Assembly (NCBI GenBank): GCA_964291415.2
Contig: OZ219920.1
Span: 1,408,001 to 1,472,000 of the forward strand
Source of the DNA: Alphaproteobacteria bacterium
GTDB lineage: Bacteria > Pseudomonadota > Alphaproteobacteria > SP197
DNA length: 64,000 nt
Reading direction: 5' to 3'
Both the position numbers and the translations under genes were made by a program. Under the pieces are notes generated by a model. The model was not told the DNA's origin. It made no database searches and saw nothing but the letters and a program-made list of their open reading frames with translations. Of the stretch, positions 48,719-60,725 are shown one piece after another (the stretch's first letter is position 1; every line of letters begins with the position of its first letter).

Positions 48719-49132
48719 TCAGTCCTCGTCTTCGCTCTTCGGCGGCGGGCCTGAATCCTGGCCCTTGGCGTCCTCGTCCCGGTCAACGAACTCGACGACC
48801 GCCATGGGCGCGCTGTCACCGTAGCGAAATCCTGCCTTGAGCACCCTGGTGTAACCGCCGGCACGATCCTCATAGCGCGGCGCCAGGGTCTCGAACAGCT
48901 TCACCAGCATCGCGTCGTCGCGCAGCCTCGCATGGGCAAGGCGCCGGGCATGAAGCGTGCCGCGCTTGCCCAGGGTGACGAGTTTCTCGACATAGGGAGA
49001 GACTTCCTTTGCCTTGGCAAGGGTGGTGGTGATCTGCTCGTGCTTGATCAGCGCCGCTGCCATGTTGCGCAGCATGGCGGTACGGTGTGCACTCGTTCGA
49101 TTGAGCTTGCGGCCCGAATGCCGGTGTCGCAT
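48719..49132 (-). CDS. rplQ: 50S ribosomal protein L17
   Basis: [18 protein letters not shown]. Confidence 0.98.
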   Translation of the reverse strand: MRHRHSGRKLNRTSAHRTAMLRNMAAALIKHEQITTTLAKAKEVSPYVEKLVTLGKRGTLHARRLAHARLRDDAMLVKLFETLAPRYEDRAGGYTRVLKAGFRYGDSAPMAVVEFVDRDEDAKGQDSGPPPKSEDED

Positions 49133-49151
49133 GACCCTCTCCCCGTCCTCG

Positions 49152-50180
49152 TCAGCTGAAAGGATTTTCGTAACGCCGGGCCAGTTCCTCGATGTTCTCC
49201 GGCGGCCAGTCCGGCAGATTCATGTCGAGGCCAAGCTGCATCTGCGCCAGCACTTCCTTGATCTCGTTGAGAGACTTGCGGCCAAAGTTCGGGGTTCGCA
49301 TCATCTCCGACTCTGACTTCTGAACGAGGTCGCCGATGTAGACGATGTTGTCTCCCTTGAGACAGTTGGCCGAGCGCACCGAGAGCTCGAGTTCGTCGAT
49401 CTTGCGCAGCAGGTGCCTGTTGAATTCCGGCTCCCGCGCATCGTCGTGATCGACAAGATCCTGCGGCTCCTCGAAATTGACGAAGGGCTGCAGCTGTTCC
49501 TGGAGAATGCGTGCCGCCAGAGCCACCGCGTCCTCGGGGTTGACCGCGCCGTTGGTCTCCACCGACATGGCAAGCCTGTCGAAGTCCGTCACCTGCCCGA
49601 CTCGGCTGTTCTCCACCTTGAACGCAACCTTGCGAACCGGGCTGTAGATGGCGTCGATGGGGATCAGTCCGATCTGCGCCTCCTCGTCACGGTTACGCGA
49701 GGCGGGGACGTAGCCATTTCCCGTTGCCACATGGAGCTCCATGTCCAGGCTGGCGCCGGCATCGAGGGTGCAGATGACATGGTCGGGATCCAGCACCTCG
49801 AAATCCGCACCGCCGTCGATACGGCCGGCCAGCACGGCGCCGGGCTCGCTGGCGCTGAGAAAGACGCGTCGAGGCTGCTCGGGCGTGTGGTCGCTGTGCA
49901 TCTTGATAGCCAGCGCCTTGATGTTGAGGATGATGTCGGTCAGGTCCTCGTGCACACCGCGGATCGAGGAGAACTCGTGAACGACGTCGTTCACGCGCAC
50001 ACCCACAACGGCGGCACCGCGCAGCGATGACAGCAGAATCCTCCGCAGGGCATTGCCCAGGGTCGTGCCGAAGCCCCTCTCCAGAGGCTCGACAACGATG
50101 TCCGCCTCGCGCGAAGCGTCCATTCCGGGAATGATCTGCAGTTTCCTGGGCTTGATCAGAGCCGTCCAGTTCTTGTCCAT
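49152..50180 (-). CDS. rpoA: RNA polymerase alpha subunit
   Basis: [43 protein letters not shown]. Confidence 0.98.
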   Translation of the reverse strand: MDKNWTALIKPRKLQIIPGMDASREADIVVEPLERGFGTTLGNALRRILLSSLRGAAVVGVRVNDVVHEFSSIRGVHEDLTDIILNIKALAIKMHSDHTPEQPRRVFLSASEPGAVLAGRIDGGADFEVLDPDHVICTLDAGASLDMELHVATGNGYVPASRNRDEEAQIGLIPIDAIYSPVRKVAFKVENSRVGQVTDFDRLAMSVETNGAVNPEDAVALAARILQEQLQPFVNFEEPQDLVDHDDAREPEFNRHLLRKIDELELSVRSANCLKGDNIVYIGDLVQKSESEMMRTPNFGRKSLNEIKEVLAQMQLGLDMNLPDWPPENIEELARRYENPFS

Positions 50181-50252
50181 TGCTTGTCCATTGCCTCATT
50201 GGTGACGCCGCCGCATCGCGGCGTCCGTCAGGGTCACGATGTCCGGGGCAGG

Positions 50253-50642
50253 TCAGACCCGGCGACGCTTGCGCGGTCGACACCCGTTGTGCGGGATAGG
50301 GGTCACGTCCTGGATGGCGGTGATCTGGAATCCGATTGCAGACAGGGCGCGCAGGGCCGATTCACGTCCCGAACCCGGGCCCTTGACATAGACTTCCAGA
50401 GTCTGGACACCATGTTCTTGCGCCTTGCGGCCGGCGTCCTCGGCCGCCATCTGCGCCGCATAGGGCGTCGACTTGCGTGAACCCTTGAATCCCATGGACC
50501 CCGCCGACGACCACGAGATGGCGTTGCCCTGGGCGTCGGTGATGGTGATCATGGTGTTGTTGAACGAAGCGGTCACATGGGCAAGGCCCGACGTGATGTT
50601 CTTCCTTTCGCGCCGCCTGACGCGGGTCGTTTCGCGTGCCAT
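50253..50642 (-). CDS. rpsK: 30S ribosomal protein S11
   Basis: [20 protein letters not shown]. Confidence 0.98.
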   Translation of the reverse strand: MARETTRVRRRERKNITSGLAHVTASFNNTMITITDAQGNAISWSSAGSMGFKGSRKSTPYAAQMAAEDAGRKAQEHGVQTLEVYVKGPGSGRESALRALSAIGFQITAIQDVTPIPHNGCRPRKRRRV

Positions 50643-50652
50643 GGTCGGGACT

Positions 50653-51021
50653 CTACTTCTTCTTGCCGGCGACCGGCCGCGCCTTGCCCTTGCGGGTTCG
50701 CGCATTGTTGTGCGTGTTCTGGCCGCGGACCGGCAGTCCCTTGCGGTGACGAATACCGCGGTTGCATCCGAGATCCATCAGCCGCTTGATGCTCATGGCC
50801 ACTTCGCGGCGCAGGTCACCTTCGACCATGTAGTCGCGGTCGATCAGTTCGCGGATCTGGACGACTTCCGCGTCCGTAAGTTCGTTGACACGTCTGGCAT
50901 CGGGTATCTGCGCCACACGGCAGATCTGACGCGCACTTGTGCGGCCGATTCCGTGAATGTAGGTCAGCGCCACTTCCACCCGCTTGGACGTCGGGATGTT
51001 CACTCCTGCAATGCGCGCCAA
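50653..51021 (-). CDS. rpsM: 30S ribosomal protein S13
   Basis: [25 protein letters not shown] start. Confidence 0.98.
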   Translation of the reverse strand: MARIAGVNIPTSKRVEVALTYIHGIGRTSARQICRVAQIPDARRVNELTDAEVVQIRELIDRDYMVEGDLRREVAMSIKRLMDLGCNRGIRHRKGLPVRGQNTHNNARTRKGKARPVAGKKK

Positions 51022-51085
51022 AGCCGTCTCTCCCTGGCCAGTAACTGAAGGGGATATGGATGAATTTGATTGAAGGACAAGGGTG

Positions 51086-51772
51086 TCATTCTAGGGGGCT
51101 TCCGCCGTCGCTGTCAATCGTTGAAGATGTCGGAAGCGCCGCCAGTATCTGCTCCGTCACCGCATCGATGCCGGCCATGCCGTCCACCGTGACAAGAATG
51201 CCGCGGGAAGCGTAGTACGGCAGGAGAGGCTCTGTCTGGCAGTGGTAGACCGCCAGCCTCGAACGCACCGTTTCCTCGTTGTCGTCGGCGCGCCGGACAA
51301 AGTCGGTTGAGCCGCAGACATCACACATGCCGCTGCTGGCGGGCTTGCGGAAGACATCGTGGTACCCTGCGCCGCAGGCACGGCAGGTGAAGCGTCCGGT
51401 GATGCGGCTGACGAGGATGTCGTCATCAACGCCGATCTCGATGACACGATCCAGGGCGCTCGAGCGCGACGACAGCATGGTGTCGAGAGCCTCGGCCTGG
51501 GCCGGAGACCGGGGAAATCCGTCCAGAATGAAGCCGTTCCGGCAGTCCTCCTGGGCGATACGACCCGCAATCATGGCAATGATGAGATCGTCGCTGACAA
51601 GATCACCCCGTTCCATGATTTCAGCCGCGGCGCGGCCGAGTTCGCTTCGGTCTGCCACTTCCTTGCGCAGCATGTCCCCCGTGGCAAGCTGGGGAATGGC
51701 ATAGCGCTCCATCAGGCGGTGCGCCTGGGTTCCCTTGCCGGCACCCGGGGGGCCGAGCAAAAGCAGCTTCAA
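51086..51772 (-). CDS. adk: Adenylate kinase
   Basis: [20 protein letters not shown], Cys4 lid. TTG start overlaps the secY stop. Confidence 0.97.
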   Translation of the reverse strand: MKLLLLGPPGAGKGTQAHRLMERYAIPQLATGDMLRKEVADRSELGRAAAEIMERGDLVSDDLIIAMIAGRIAQEDCRNGFILDGFPRSPAQAEALDTMLSSRSSALDRVIEIGVDDDILVSRITGRFTCRACGAGYHDVFRKPASSGMCDVCGSTDFVRRADDNEETVRSRLAVYHCQTEPLLPYYASRGILVTVDGMAGIDAVTEQILAALPTSSTIDSDGGSPLE

Positions 51773-53115
51773 CGCCGCCTCCCCTTGAGCTTCGCCTTGC
51801 GAATGAGGCCCTCGTACTGGTGTGCCAGGAGGTGAGACTGGATCTGGGAGACCGTGTCCATGGTCACGGTGACGCAGATCAGAAGCGATGTGCCGCCGAG
51901 GAAGACAGGAATGGCAAGGCTGCCGATCAGGTACTCGGGAAGCAGGCAGACGAAGGCCAGGTAGAGCGCACCCACGGTGGTCAGCCTGGTGAGCACGAAA
52001 TCGAGATATTCGGTGGTGTTCTTGCCCGGTCTGATACCCGGAATGAAGCCGCCGTTCTTCCTCAGGTTGTCCGCGGTATCGGCCGGATTGAAAACCACCG
52101 CCGTGTAGAAATAGCAGAAGAAGACGATCGCCGAACCGAAGATCAGCAGGTAGAGGGGCTCGCCACGGCCCAGCAGTCTGGTGATCTCCGTCAGCCAGTT
52201 CGAACCGGTCCCCACTGCGGAGAAGCTGGCAAAGGTTGCGGGCATCAAGAGGATGGAACTGGCAAAGATGGGGGGAATCACGCCAGCCGTGTTGAGCTTG
52301 AGGGGGAGGTAGGAACTCTCGCCGCCGAACATGCGGTTGCCGACCTGGCGTTTGGGATACTGCACGACGATGCGTCTCTGGGCACGCTCCATCCACACGA
52401 TCCAGTAGATGATCAGGGCCGCACCAATGAAAATCGCCATGATGGTGAATGCGGAAAGGGAACCGACCCGGCCCAGTTCCAGCAACTGCGCGATGGCGCC
52501 AGGGAAACTGGCGACGATACCGGCGAATATGATGAGGGAGACGCCGTTGCCGACTCCCCTCTGGGTCACCTGCTCACCAAGCCACAGCAGGAACATGGTG
52601 CCGCCCAGCAGGGTGACCACCGTGGTGAAGCGGAAGAAGAGACCGGGTTCCATGACCGCCGAACCCTGACTTCCCGCCATCGCCTCGAGACCGACGGCGA
52701 TGCCGTAGCCCTGGACGATGCACAGCCCCACTGTCAGGTAGCGGGTGTACTGGTTCATCGTCTTGCGCCCCGACTCGCCCTCCTTCTTGAGCTGGTCGAG
52801 ACGCGGCGAGACCGCCGTCATGAGCTGCATGATGATCGCGGCGGAAATGTAGGGCATGACGTTAAGCGCGAAGATGGTCATGCGTTCCAGGGCGCCGCCG
52901 GCAAACATGTTGAACATCGACAGGATGCCGCCGGCCTGCTGCTGGAAGATGTCGCCGAGGATCGAGGGATCAACACCGGGAATGGGGATGTAGGTGCCCA
53001 GGCGATAGACCACCAGTGCGCCCAGGGTGAACCAAAGGCGTTTCCTGAGTTCCGTCGCCTTGCCGATTGCTCCGAGATTGAGCTGGCCGGCGAACTGATC
53101 CTGACGGGTTGCCAT
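51769..53115 (-). CDS. secY: Preprotein translocase subunit SecY
   Basis: PYISAAII, GVGNGVSLII, AGVIPPIFA, IPGIRPG, GGTSLLI. Confidence 0.98.
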   Translation of the reverse strand: MATRQDQFAGQLNLGAIGKATELRKRLWFTLGALVVYRLGTYIPIPGVDPSILGDIFQQQAGGILSMFNMFAGGALERMTIFALNVMPYISAAIIMQLMTAVSPRLDQLKKEGESGRKTMNQYTRYLTVGLCIVQGYGIAVGLEAMAGSQGSAVMEPGLFFRFTTVVTLLGGTMFLLWLGEQVTQRGVGNGVSLIIFAGIVASFPGAIAQLLELGRVGSLSAFTIMAIFIGAALIIYWIVWMERAQRRIVVQYPKRQVGNRMFGGESSYLPLKLNTAGVIPPIFASSILLMPATFASFSAVGTGSNWLTEITRLLGRGEPLYLLIFGSAIVFFCYFYTAVVFNPADTADNLRKNGGFIPGIRPGKNTTEYLDFVLTRLTTVGALYLAFVCLLPEYLIGSLAIPVFLGGTSLLICVTVTMDTVSQIQSHLLAHQYEGLIRKAKLKGRRR

Positions 53116-53126
53116 GCCCCTTGTCG

Positions 53127-53588
53127 TCAGCCGGCGGTCACGTTGACGGTACCGCCCTGTTCCTCGATCTGCCGACGTGCCGACTTCGTGACCCGGGCGA
53201 CCGTGATCTCGACGCGCGCCGACAGATCGCCCGAGCCAAGGAGACTGACACCATCACGAAGCCGCCTGATGACGCCGGCTTCACGCAGGGTCTCCCCGGT
53301 CATGGCCTGACTGGCGTCGAGCCTGCCGGAATCGATGGCCCGCTGCAGGCGCTCCAGTGTCACCTCGACATAGCGCTTGCGCGAGGGATTCGTGAACCCG
53401 CGCATGGGCAGGCGACGGTAGATCGGCATCTGGCCACCCTCGAACGTGGCGAGAGCCACACCGGAACGCGATTTCTGGCCCTTGTGGCCACGCCCGCCCG
53501 TCTTGCCAAGACCGGAGCCGATGCCACGCCCGCGGCGCTTGCGCGCATGGGTGGCGCCGTGATTGTCACGGATCTCGTTGAGTTTCAT
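53127..53588 (-). CDS. rplO: 50S ribosomal protein L15
   Basis: [18 protein letters not shown]. Confidence 0.98.
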   Translation of the reverse strand: MKLNEIRDNHGATHARKRRGRGIGSGLGKTGGRGHKGQKSRSGVALATFEGGQMPIYRRLPMRGFTNPSRKRYVEVTLERLQRAIDSGRLDASQAMTGETLREAGVIRRLRDGVSLLGSGDLSARVEITVARVTKSARRQIEEQGGTVNVTAG

Positions 53589-53797
53589 GAGCTGGAGTCC
53601 CCGCCAATCTCTTCCCAGTTCACCAGGTGATGCACCTTTCTCAGCATGCCGCGCACGGCCGGAGTGTCCTCGAGAATGCGAGTTCTCGACACGCGCCCCA
53701 GGCCCAGGCCGACGAGTGTCTGGCGCTGGTCCGCCGGGCGGCCGATGGGGCTGCCGGTCTGCGTGACCCTGATGCGCCCGGTCCTTGCGTCTTCCAT
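53585..53797 (-). CDS. rpmD: 50S ribosomal protein L30
   Basis: [20 protein letters not shown]. Confidence 0.96.
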   Translation of the reverse strand: MEDARTGRIRVTQTGSPIGRPADQRQTLVGLGLGRVSRTRILEDTPAVRGMLRKVHHLVNWEEIGGDSSS

Positions 53798-54348
53798 CAG
53801 GTTCTCGACTCCTGGATCAGGCGGTTCGACTTGTTGCGCTTGGCGGCCACCTGGCGTGGTGACATCGTCCGCGCCAGCGCATCGAACGTCGCCTTGACCA
53901 TGTTATGGGGATTGGCGCTGCCGGTCGACTTGCAGACGACGTCCTGGGCGCCAAGCGCCTCGAAGACGGCGCGCATGGGACCACCGGCAATGACGCCGGT
54001 GCCCGGCGGTGCGGCACGCAGGACCACGCGTCCGGCGCCGTAGCGTCCGGTCACGTCGTGATGCAGGGTCCGCCCTTCCCGCAGCGGCACCCGGATCATG
54101 TTGCGGCGCGCCTGTTCGGTCGCCTTGCGGATTGCCTCGGGCACTTCGCGCGCCTTGCCGGCGCCGTGACCGGCGCGACCCTTCTGGTCGCCAACAACCA
54201 CGAGCGCAGCAAATCCGAAGCGCCGGCCACCCTTGACGACCTTGGCGACGCGGTTGATGCTGACGAGCTTCTCGAGAAACTCGCTTCCCTCCCGGTTGTC
54301 ACCGCCGCCGCGGCGTCCGCCGCCTCGTTCACGACCCGATGATGCCAT
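53797..54348 (-). CDS. rpsE: 30S ribosomal protein S5
   Basis: [20 protein letters not shown]. Confidence 0.98.
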   Translation of the reverse strand: MASSGRERGGGRRGGGDNREGSEFLEKLVSINRVAKVVKGGRRFGFAALVVVGDQKGRAGHGAGKAREVPEAIRKATEQARRNMIRVPLREGRTLHHDVTGRYGAGRVVLRAAPPGTGVIAGGPMRAVFEALGAQDVVCKSTGSANPHNMVKATFDALARTMSPRQVAAKRNKSNRLIQESRT

Positions 54349-54372
54349 CCGCTATTCCTTCCAGAACACGTT

Positions 54373-54735
54373 CTAAAGTTTGAGACCGCCTTCACGGGCG
54401 GCGTCGGCGAGTGCCTTGACGCGGCCGTGGTAGCGGTAACCTCCCCGGTCAAAGACCACCTCCGTGATCCCGGCGGCGATGGCGCGCTCGGCAATGGCCC
54501 TGCCGATATGCGTCGCTGCCTCGATGGTGGCGCCGTTCGCAACCTCGCCCTTGATGCTGCTGTCGATGCTGGATGCCGAAGCCAGAGTGACTCCGGCGCC
54601 GTCCTCGATGATCTGCGCATAGATGTTCCGTGACGAACGGAAGACAGAAAGCCGCGGCCGACCGGCGGCCCGCGCCTTCACCTTGAGTCGTGTCCGCGCC
54701 CGGCGGCGCGCCTGAAGTTCCCTTGCCGTCTTCAT
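54373..54735 (-). CDS. rplR: 50S ribosomal protein L18
   Basis: [21 protein letters not shown]. Confidence 0.98.
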   Translation of the reverse strand: MKTARELQARRRARTRLKVKARAAGRPRLSVFRSSRNIYAQIIEDGAGVTLASASSIDSSIKGEVANGATIEAATHIGRAIAERAIAAGITEVVFDRGGYRYHGRVKALADAAREGGLKL

Positions 54736-54743
54736 GGCCGCCC

Positions 54744-55277
54744 CTACTTCTTCTTGCCTTCCTTGCGCAACACGATCTCGCCTCGGTAGCGAATCCCCTT
54801 GCCCTTGTAGGGCTCCGGCGGTCGCAGACGCCTGATTTCGGAGGCGAGCTGGCCGACGCGCTGCTTGTCGATACCGCTGACGACGATCTCCTGCTGGTTC
54901 GGACACTCGATGGCGAGCCCATCGGGCACCGGAATCTCGATATCGTGACTGTATCCGACCTGGAGCCGCAGCACCTCGCCCTGCATCTGTGCCCGGTAAC
55001 CCACGCCCTGGAGTTCGAGAGTGCGGCTGAATCCCGAGGTGACTCCGGTCACCATCGACTGGATGTTGGAGCGCGTCGTGCCCCACAGGGCCGTCGCCTG
55101 GCGCGATGGCGAATTCGGCGTCACCACCACCATGCCCTCCTCGAGGGCAACCGACACCTCGGGCAGAAAGGACTGCGCGAGCGATCCCTTCGCCCCGGAG
55201 ATCTCGATTGAGGACTCGCCAACGGTAACGTCGACTCCCTCTGGCACGGCGATCGCATTCTTTCCAATGCGGGACAT
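54744..55277 (-). CDS. rplF: 50S ribosomal protein L6
   Basis: [21 protein letters not shown]. Confidence 0.98.
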   Translation of the reverse strand: MSRIGKNAIAVPEGVDVTVGESSIEISGAKGSLAQSFLPEVSVALEEGMVVVTPNSPSRQATALWGTTRSNIQSMVTGVTSGFSRTLELQGVGYRAQMQGEVLRLQVGYSHDIEIPVPDGLAIECPNQQEIVVSGIDKQRVGQLASEIRRLRPPEPYKGKGIRYRGEIVLRKEGKKK

Positions 55278-55304
55278 GGTTCCCTCTCCTAGCACACGAC
55301 TGCG

Positions 55305-55703
55305 TCAGAAGACGCGACAGAGCACTTCGCCGCCAACATTGGCCGCCCGTGCCTCGTCGTCGGTCATCACGCCCTTGGGCGTTGACATGATGGTGATTCC
55401 CAGGCCTCCATAGACGCTGGGCATGTCCCTGACGCCGGTATAGATCCTGCGTCCGGGCGTGGATATCCTGCCAATCTCGCGGATGACCGGCTCGCCCTCG
55501 TAGTACTTGAGCTCAATCACGAGTTCGGGCCGTGACGGCATCTCGCTCTTGCGGTGCCAGTCACGGATGTAGCCCTCGCGCTTGAGCACACCGAGCACGT
55601 TTTCCTTGAGTTTCGACGCCGGGCAGTTGATGCGCGACTTGCCGCGCATGTGCCCGTTCCGGATGCGGGCCAGCATATCGCCCAGGGGATCGGTCATTGT
55701 CAT
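55305..55703 (-). CDS. rpsH: 30S ribosomal protein S8
   Basis: DPLGDML.RIRN, GLGI..MST, GGEVLC. Confidence 0.98.
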   Translation of the reverse strand: MTMTDPLGDMLARIRNGHMRGKSRINCPASKLKENVLGVLKREGYIRDWHRKSEMPSRPELVIELKYYEGEPVIREIGRISTPGRRIYTGVRDMPSVYGGLGITIMSTPKGVMTDDEARAANVGGEVLCRVF

Positions 55704-55722
55704 GACGCTTGTCTCACCTCGC

Positions 55723-56028
55723 TCACCAGCTTGACTTGACCATGCCGGGAATCAGGCCATCGGAGGCCAGTTCGCGCAGCATCACCCGGGACATGTCGAA
55801 TCTGCGGTGGTAACCGCGTGCCCTGCCGGTCATGGCGCACCGGTTGCGTAGCCTGACCTTCGATGAATTGCGCGGCAGCTTGGCGAGCTTGAGTCTCGCC
55901 TGGAAACGCTCTTCCATGGGAAGGTCCTGCGCATTCGCCTGGGCGAGAAGTGCGGCCCGCCGGGCAGCGAAGCGTGCGACGAGCTTCTTTCGCCGCTTGT
56001 TTCTTTCGATGGCGCTCTTCTTTGCCAT
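55723..56028 (-). CDS. rpsN: 30S ribosomal protein S14 (long form)
   Basis: [23 protein letters not shown]. Confidence 0.98.
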   Translation of the reverse strand: MAKKSAIERNKRRKKLVARFAARRAALLAQANAQDLPMEERFQARLKLAKLPRNSSKVRLRNRCAMTGRARGYHRRFDMSRVMLRELASDGLIPGMVKSSW

Positions 56029-56064
56029 GATCGTCCTTTCCTTGGGATCTCTCTCGACAGATGC

Positions 56065-56613
56065 TCACGTCCTGGTGAAAGGCATGCGGAAACCGTCAAG
56101 CAGGTGCCAGGCCTCATCGTTGTTCCTGGCCGTGGTGCAGATGACAATGTCGAGTCCGCGAATGCGACTGACCCGGTCATAGTCGATCTCGGGGAACACG
56201 ATCTGTTCCTTCAGGCCCATGGCGAAATTGCCCCTGCCGTCGAAACTCTTCGAATTGACGCCGCGAAAGTCGCGCACCCTGGGGAGAGCGATGGTGACGA
56301 GACGGTCGAGGAACTCGAACATGCGGCGTCCGCGCAATGTGACCCGCGCTCCGACGGGCATGCCTTCCCTCAGCTTGAAGTTTGACACCGAACGCGAGGC
56401 CCGGGTGATGACCGCCTTTTGTCCGGCAATCAGTGTCAGTTCCCCGGCGGCGGCATCAGCCTGCTTCGAATCCTGAACGGCATCGCCCACGCCCATGTTG
56501 AGGATGATCTTGTCAAGCCGGGGGACGGCGTGGATGTTCTTGTAACCGAACGTTTCCATCATCGCCGGACGGATGGTGCTGTCGTACATCGCCTTGAGAC
56601 GCGGCACAGTCAT
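56065..56613 (-). CDS. rplE: 50S ribosomal protein L5
   Basis: [24 protein letters not shown]. Confidence 0.98.
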   Translation of the reverse strand: MTVPRLKAMYDSTIRPAMMETFGYKNIHAVPRLDKIILNMGVGDAVQDSKQADAAAGELTLIAGQKAVITRASRSVSNFKLREGMPVGARVTLRGRRMFEFLDRLVTIALPRVRDFRGVNSKSFDGRGNFAMGLKEQIVFPEIDYDRVSRIRGLDIVICTTARNNDEAWHLLDGFRMPFTRT

Positions 56614-56627
56614 GGCGTCGCCCTCCT

Positions 56628-56945
56628 TCATCCGTCGATCACTTCGCCGGAACGCTTGGCCACGCGGACCTTGCGGCCATCGTCCAGGTTGCGGAACCCG
56701 ACACGGGTCGGTCTGCCGTCAACGGGATCGGCCACCGCTAGATTCGAAAGATCGATCGAGAGTTCCTTGGTGACGATGCCACCCGGGTCCCGTGCCGTCG
56801 GTCTGGTGTGACGCCGTGCCACGTTGACGCCGGAGACGATGGCCCGGCCCTGGCGCGGCAGCACCTTGAGAACCTCGCCCTGCAGGCCCCGGTCTCTGCC
56901 GGCGAGAACGACCACGCGGTCCCCGTGCTTGATCCGTGCAGCCAT
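56628..56945 (-). CDS. rplX: 50S ribosomal protein L24
   Basis: [12 protein letters not shown] motif, GGIV.KE, TRVGF. Confidence 0.97.
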   Translation of the reverse strand: MAARIKHGDRVVVLAGRDRGLQGEVLKVLPRQGRAIVSGVNVARRHTRPTARDPGGIVTKELSIDLSNLAVADPVDGRPTRVGFRNLDDGRKVRVAKRSGEVIDG

Positions 56946-57328
56946 CAGAGCACCTCGGGCGCCAGTGAGATGATCTTCATGAAGTTGCGGGAACGCAGCT
57001 CGCGCGTGACCGGACCGAAAATGCGTGTGCCCACAGGCTCGTTCTGCCGGTTGATGATCACCGCGGCGTTGCGGTCGAAGCGAAGCGCGCTGCCGTCCGG
57101 GCGGCGGATTTCCTTGGCGGTGCGCACGATCACGGCGCGGGCCACATCACCCTTCCTGATCTTGGCACTGCGGTCCGGCGACTGGGGATCGGCATCCTTG
57201 ACCGTGACGACAATGATGTCGCCCACACTTGCGGTCTTGCGTTTCGAGCCGCCGAGCACCTTGATGCACTGCACGCGCCTCGCACCGGAGTTGTCGGCCA
57301 CGAAGAGATTGGTCTCAGCCTGGATCAT
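56945..57328 (-). CDS. rplN: 50S ribosomal protein L14
   Basis: [26 protein letters not shown]. Confidence 0.98.
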   Translation of the reverse strand: MIQAETNLFVADNSGARRVQCIKVLGGSKRKTASVGDIIVVTVKDADPQSPDRSAKIRKGDVARAVIVRTAKEIRRPDGSALRFDRNAAVIINRQNEPVGTRIFGPVTRELRSRNFMKIISLAPEVL

Positions 57329-57356
57329 CGATCACTTCCCCCAATAGGCGCGCCGG

Positions 57357-57593
57357 TCAGACGGCGGGCTCGAGAACCGTCCACCGCTTGAGCTTCGACA
57401 GCGGGCGGCTTTCACGGATCCGGACCTTGTCGCCGACCTGAACCTCGTTGGTCTCGTCGTGGACGTGATAGCGCCTGGAGCGGCGGATTGTCTTCTTGTA
57501 GAGCGGGTGCTTCATCAGCCGGTCGACCCTGACCACGACGGTCTTGTCGCCCGACTTCCCTGTCACCACTCCCTGCATCGTGCGTCGCGGCAT
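57357..57593 (-). CDS. rpsQ: 30S ribosomal protein S17
   Basis: KTVVV, HPLYKK, HDE, RPLSK.KRW. Confidence 0.97.
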   Translation of the reverse strand: MPRRTMQGVVTGKSGDKTVVVRVDRLMKHPLYKKTIRRSRRYHVHDETNEVQVGDKVRIRESRPLSKLKRWTVLEPAV

Positions 57594-57596
57594 GGC

Positions 57597-57803
57597 TCAC
57601 GTGCCTCCTTCAAGGCTGGCCCCGGACCGGCCTTCCACAGTCTTGATGCGCGCGATGTCGCGGCGGATCTGCCGGACACGCGCGGTGTTGCCTTCGCGCC
57701 CGTTGGCCTGCTGAAAGCGCAGGTTGAAGAGTTCCTTCTTCAGCGAAAGCAGCTGTTGGCGCCTCTCGTCGGCGCTCATGGCCCGGATCTCGACGGCCCT
57801 CAT
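57597..57803 (-). CDS. rpmC: 50S ribosomal protein L29
   Basis: [19 protein letters not shown]. Confidence 0.97.
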   Translation of the reverse strand: MRAVEIRAMSADERRQQLLSLKKELFNLRFQQANGREGNTARVRQIRRDIARIKTVEGRSGASLEGGT

Positions 57804-58222
57804 GCCGTGCCTCCGGAGTGGCGCTGGATGAAACGAACCGGTATCGGCAGTTTCGCGGCGCCCAGCCTGATGGCTTCGCGGGCCGTCGTCTCGTCGACTC
57901 CGTCGAGTTCGAACATCACGCGTCCTGGCTTCACACGGCACATCCAGTACTCCGGCGAACCCTTGCCCTTGCCCATGCGCACTTCGGCCGGCTTGGTGGA
58001 CACCGGAACGTCGGGAAACACGGTCACCCAGACACGCCCGGCACGTTTCATGTAGCGGGTGATGGCGCGCCTGGACGCCTCGATCTGCCGTGCCGTGATG
58101 CGTCCGGCGGTCTGCGCCTTCATGCCGTAGGCGCCGAAGTTGAGGCTGGTGTATCCCTTGGCGTTGCCGTGGATACGGCCCTTTTGTGCCTTGCGGTAGC
58201 GTGTTTTCTTCGGAGAAAGCAT
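57800..58222 (-). CDS. rplP: 50S ribosomal protein L16
   Basis: [17 protein letters not shown]. Confidence 0.98.
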   Translation of the reverse strand: MLSPKKTRYRKAQKGRIHGNAKGYTSLNFGAYGMKAQTAGRITARQIEASRRAITRYMKRAGRVWVTVFPDVPVSTKPAEVRMGKGKGSPEYWMCRVKPGRVMFELDGVDETTAREAIRLGAAKLPIPVRFIQRHSGGTA

Positions 58223-58227
58223 GACCG

Positions 58228-58917
58228 TTACATCCTCGCCTGGGTACCGTGAAGTTCCGTTTCACGGCGCTCGTGGGCTCCGGGATCGTGGGTGAACACC
58301 TCGCCCTTGAAGACCCAGGCCTTGACACCGAGTGTTCCGTAAGCGGTCTTGGCGGTGACCCGGCCGAAATCGATATCTGCCCGCAGGGTGTGGAGCGGCA
58401 CCCTGCCCTCCCGATACCATTCCGCTCGGGCAATCTCCGCGCCTCCCAGACGCCCTTCGACATTGATGCGAATGCCCTCGGCCCCGAGCCGCATGGCCGA
58501 CTGCACGGCGCGCTTCATGGCGCGACGGAAGGAGACCCTCCGTTCCAGCTGCTGGGCGATGTTCTCGGCGATCAGGTAGGCATCCACTTCGGGCTTGCGG
58601 ATTTCGACAATGTTCACCGCAACGGTCGATTCGGTCAGCGCCTGGAGACTCTCGCTGAGCGACTTGATGCCCTTGCCGCGCGTGCCGATGACGACTCCGG
58701 GTCTCGCCGTATGGATCAGCACCCGCACCCTGGACGCCTGGCGTTCGACGACCACCTTCGAGATGCCCGCCTGCGACAGCTGGCTGCGCACCAGGCGGCG
58801 TATGGCCAGATCCTCGTGCAGCATGCGGGCATAGCCCGCACCACTGGCATACCAGCGCGAATCCCATGTCCGGTTGATGCCGAGGCGCAAGCCGACGGGA
58901 TTGACCTTGTGTCCCAT
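58228..58917 (-). CDS. rpsC: 30S ribosomal protein S3
   Basis: [31 protein letters not shown]. Confidence 0.98.
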   Translation of the reverse strand: MGHKVNPVGLRLGINRTWDSRWYASGAGYARMLHEDLAIRRLVRSQLSQAGISKVVVERQASRVRVLIHTARPGVVIGTRGKGIKSLSESLQALTESTVAVNIVEIRKPEVDAYLIAENIAQQLERRVSFRRAMKRAVQSAMRLGAEGIRINVEGRLGGAEIARAEWYREGRVPLHTLRADIDFGRVTAKTAYGTLGVKAWVFKGEVFTHDPGAHERRETELHGTQARM

Positions 58918-58918
58918 A

Positions 58919-59302
58919 TCAGTCCTCACCTTCCTGGGTTTCGCACAACACGATCTCGAGATTCGAGAACGACTTGCGATAGGGGTGGACGCGGCCGCGG
59001 CCCGCCGGCCGGAAACGGCGCATCTTCAGCCCCGGGCCCACCGTGGCCTCGCTGACGACCAGGCGATCGACGTCAAGGCCGTGGTTGTTTTCCGCATTCG
59101 CCATAGCCGACAGCAGCACCTTGCGTACATCGCCGGCGATGCGGCGGCGCGAGTACAACAGGTCGTTGAGCGCCCTATCAAGGTTCTTGCCCCTGATCGG
59201 CGCCACCACTTCATTGAGCTTGCGCGGACTGACCCTCAGGGAACGCGCCCGGGCATACACCCTGTCGTCTCCCAGATCGGGCAGTGTGTGCCGTCTCGCC
59301 AT
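58919..59302 (-). CDS. rplV: 50S ribosomal protein L22
   Basis: [15 protein letters not shown]. Position between rpsS and rpsC. Confidence 0.97.
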   Translation of the reverse strand: MARRHTLPDLGDDRVYARARSLRVSPRKLNEVVAPIRGKNLDRALNDLLYSRRRIAGDVRKVLLSAMANAENNHGLDVDRLVVSEATVGPGLKMRRFRPAGRGRVHPYRKSFSNLEIVLCETQEGED

Positions 59303-59306
59303 GGCC

Positions 59307-59585
59307 TCAGCCTCTCCGCGCCTTCTTGTCGGCGGCATGTCCGTAGTAGGTCCTGGTCGGCGAGAACTCGCCGAACTTGTGGCCCACCATGTTTTCCGTC
59401 ACCAGCACCGGAATGTGCCGGCGGCCGTTGTAGACGCCGAATGTAAGGCCGACGAACTGCGGCACGATGGTCGAACGCCGGGACCAGGTCCTGATCACTT
59501 CCTTGCGCCCGGACTCGCGCACGGCCTCGGCCTTCTTGAGCAGATAGCCGTCCACGAAAGGTCCTTTCCAGACAGATCGGGTCAC
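59307..59585 (-). CDS. rpsS: 30S ribosomal protein S19
   Basis: [23 protein letters not shown]. Confidence 0.98.
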   Translation of the reverse strand: MTRSVWKGPFVDGYLLKKAEAVRESGRKEVIRTWSRRSTIVPQFVGLTFGVYNGRRHIPVLVTENMVGHKFGEFSPTRTYYGHAADKKARRG

Positions 59586-59595
59586 ATCGGGTCTC

Positions 59596-60429
59596 CTAGC
59601 GTTTTCTGCGGTGGCGACGGGCGATGATCAGCTTGTCGCTGGCCTTCTTCGAACGCGTGCGCGCACCCTTGGTCGGCTTGCCCCACGGAGTCACGGGATG
59701 TCGGCCCCCACTTGTACGCCCCTCGCCGCCGCCATGGGGATGATCCACCGGGTTCATCACGACGCCGCGTACCGAGGGTCTCTTGCCAAGCCAGCGCGAC
59801 CGGCCGGCCTTGCCGAGCTTGCGGTTCTGGTGTTCGGGATTGGACACCGCACCGATGGTGGCCATGCACTCGCCTCGCACGACGCGCATCTCGCCGGACT
59901 TGAGCCGCAGCTGGGCGTAGCCCTGGTCCTTGCCGATAAGCTGGGCATAGGCGCCTGCCGAACGGGCGATCCTGCCGCCCGCGCCGGCCTTCAACTCAAT
60001 GTTGTGCACCACGGTACCCACCGGGATGTTCTGCAGCGGCATCGCGTTGCCGGGCTGGATGTCGACGCGCGAACCCGACACCACGCGGTCGCCGACGCCG
60101 AGACGCTGGGGAGCGAGAATGTACGACTGTTCGCCGTCCTCGTATCGCACGAGAGCGATGTGGGCAGAGCGGTTGGGATCGTACTCCAGGCGCTCGACCG
60201 TCGCCGGAACATCGAATCTCGCACGGCGGAAGTCGACCTTGCGGTAGCGACGCTTGTGCCCGCCGCCACGCCGGCGGGTCATGATGTGGCCGTGGACGTT
60301 GCGTCCGCCCTTCCTGTTGAGTCCCTCGGTCAATTCCTTGACCGGCCCACCCTTGTGAAGATGACGGCGATCAACCTGGACGAGGCCACGTCTGCCTGGT
60401 GTCACGGGTTTTTGGGGTCTGAGTGCCAT
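59596..60429 (-). CDS. rplB: 50S ribosomal protein L2
   Basis: [26 protein letters not shown]. Confidence 0.98.
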   Translation of the reverse strand: MALRPQKPVTPGRRGLVQVDRRHLHKGGPVKELTEGLNRKGGRNVHGHIMTRRRGGGHKRRYRKVDFRRARFDVPATVERLEYDPNRSAHIALVRYEDGEQSYILAPQRLGVGDRVVSGSRVDIQPGNAMPLQNIPVGTVVHNIELKAGAGGRIARSAGAYAQLIGKDQGYAQLRLKSGEMRVVRGECMATIGAVSNPEHQNRKLGKAGRSRWLGKRPSVRGVVMNPVDHPHGGGEGRTSGGRHPVTPWGKPTKGARTRSKKASDKLIIARRHRRKR

Positions 60430-60431
60430 GG

Positions 60432-60725
60432 TCAAAGTGTTCCGGTCACGTCAATCCGCTCCCCCTCGGCCAGCGTCACGACCGCCTTCTTGACGGCATT
60501 GCGACGGCCGAGGCGGCCACGGAATCTCTTGACCTTGCCCGTCTGGTTCATGGTGTTCACCGCCTTGACCGTGACGCCGAAGATGGTCTCGACGGCCTGG
60601 CGGATCTCTTTCTTGGTCGCCCTGCGGTCCACCTGAAAGGTGACCTGATTCCACTCGGCGCCCCGCATCGACTTTTCCGTGATGACCGGCCGGTGAATGA
60701 TGTCGTAGCACTGTTCTGGCGTCAT
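60432..60725 (-). CDS. rplW: 50S ribosomal protein L23
   Basis: PVITEKS, KKAVVTL. Confidence 0.97.
   Translation of the reverse strand: MTPEQCYDIIHRPVITEKSMRGAEWNQVTFQVDRRATKKEIRQAVETIFGVTVKAVNTMNQTGKVKRFRGRLGRRNAVKKAVVTLAEGERIDVTGTL

Noticed and set aside
49152-53115. Absence of rpsD, rpmJ, infA and map from the spc/alpha cluster
   Set aside because: This is the normal arrangement in alphaproteobacteria.
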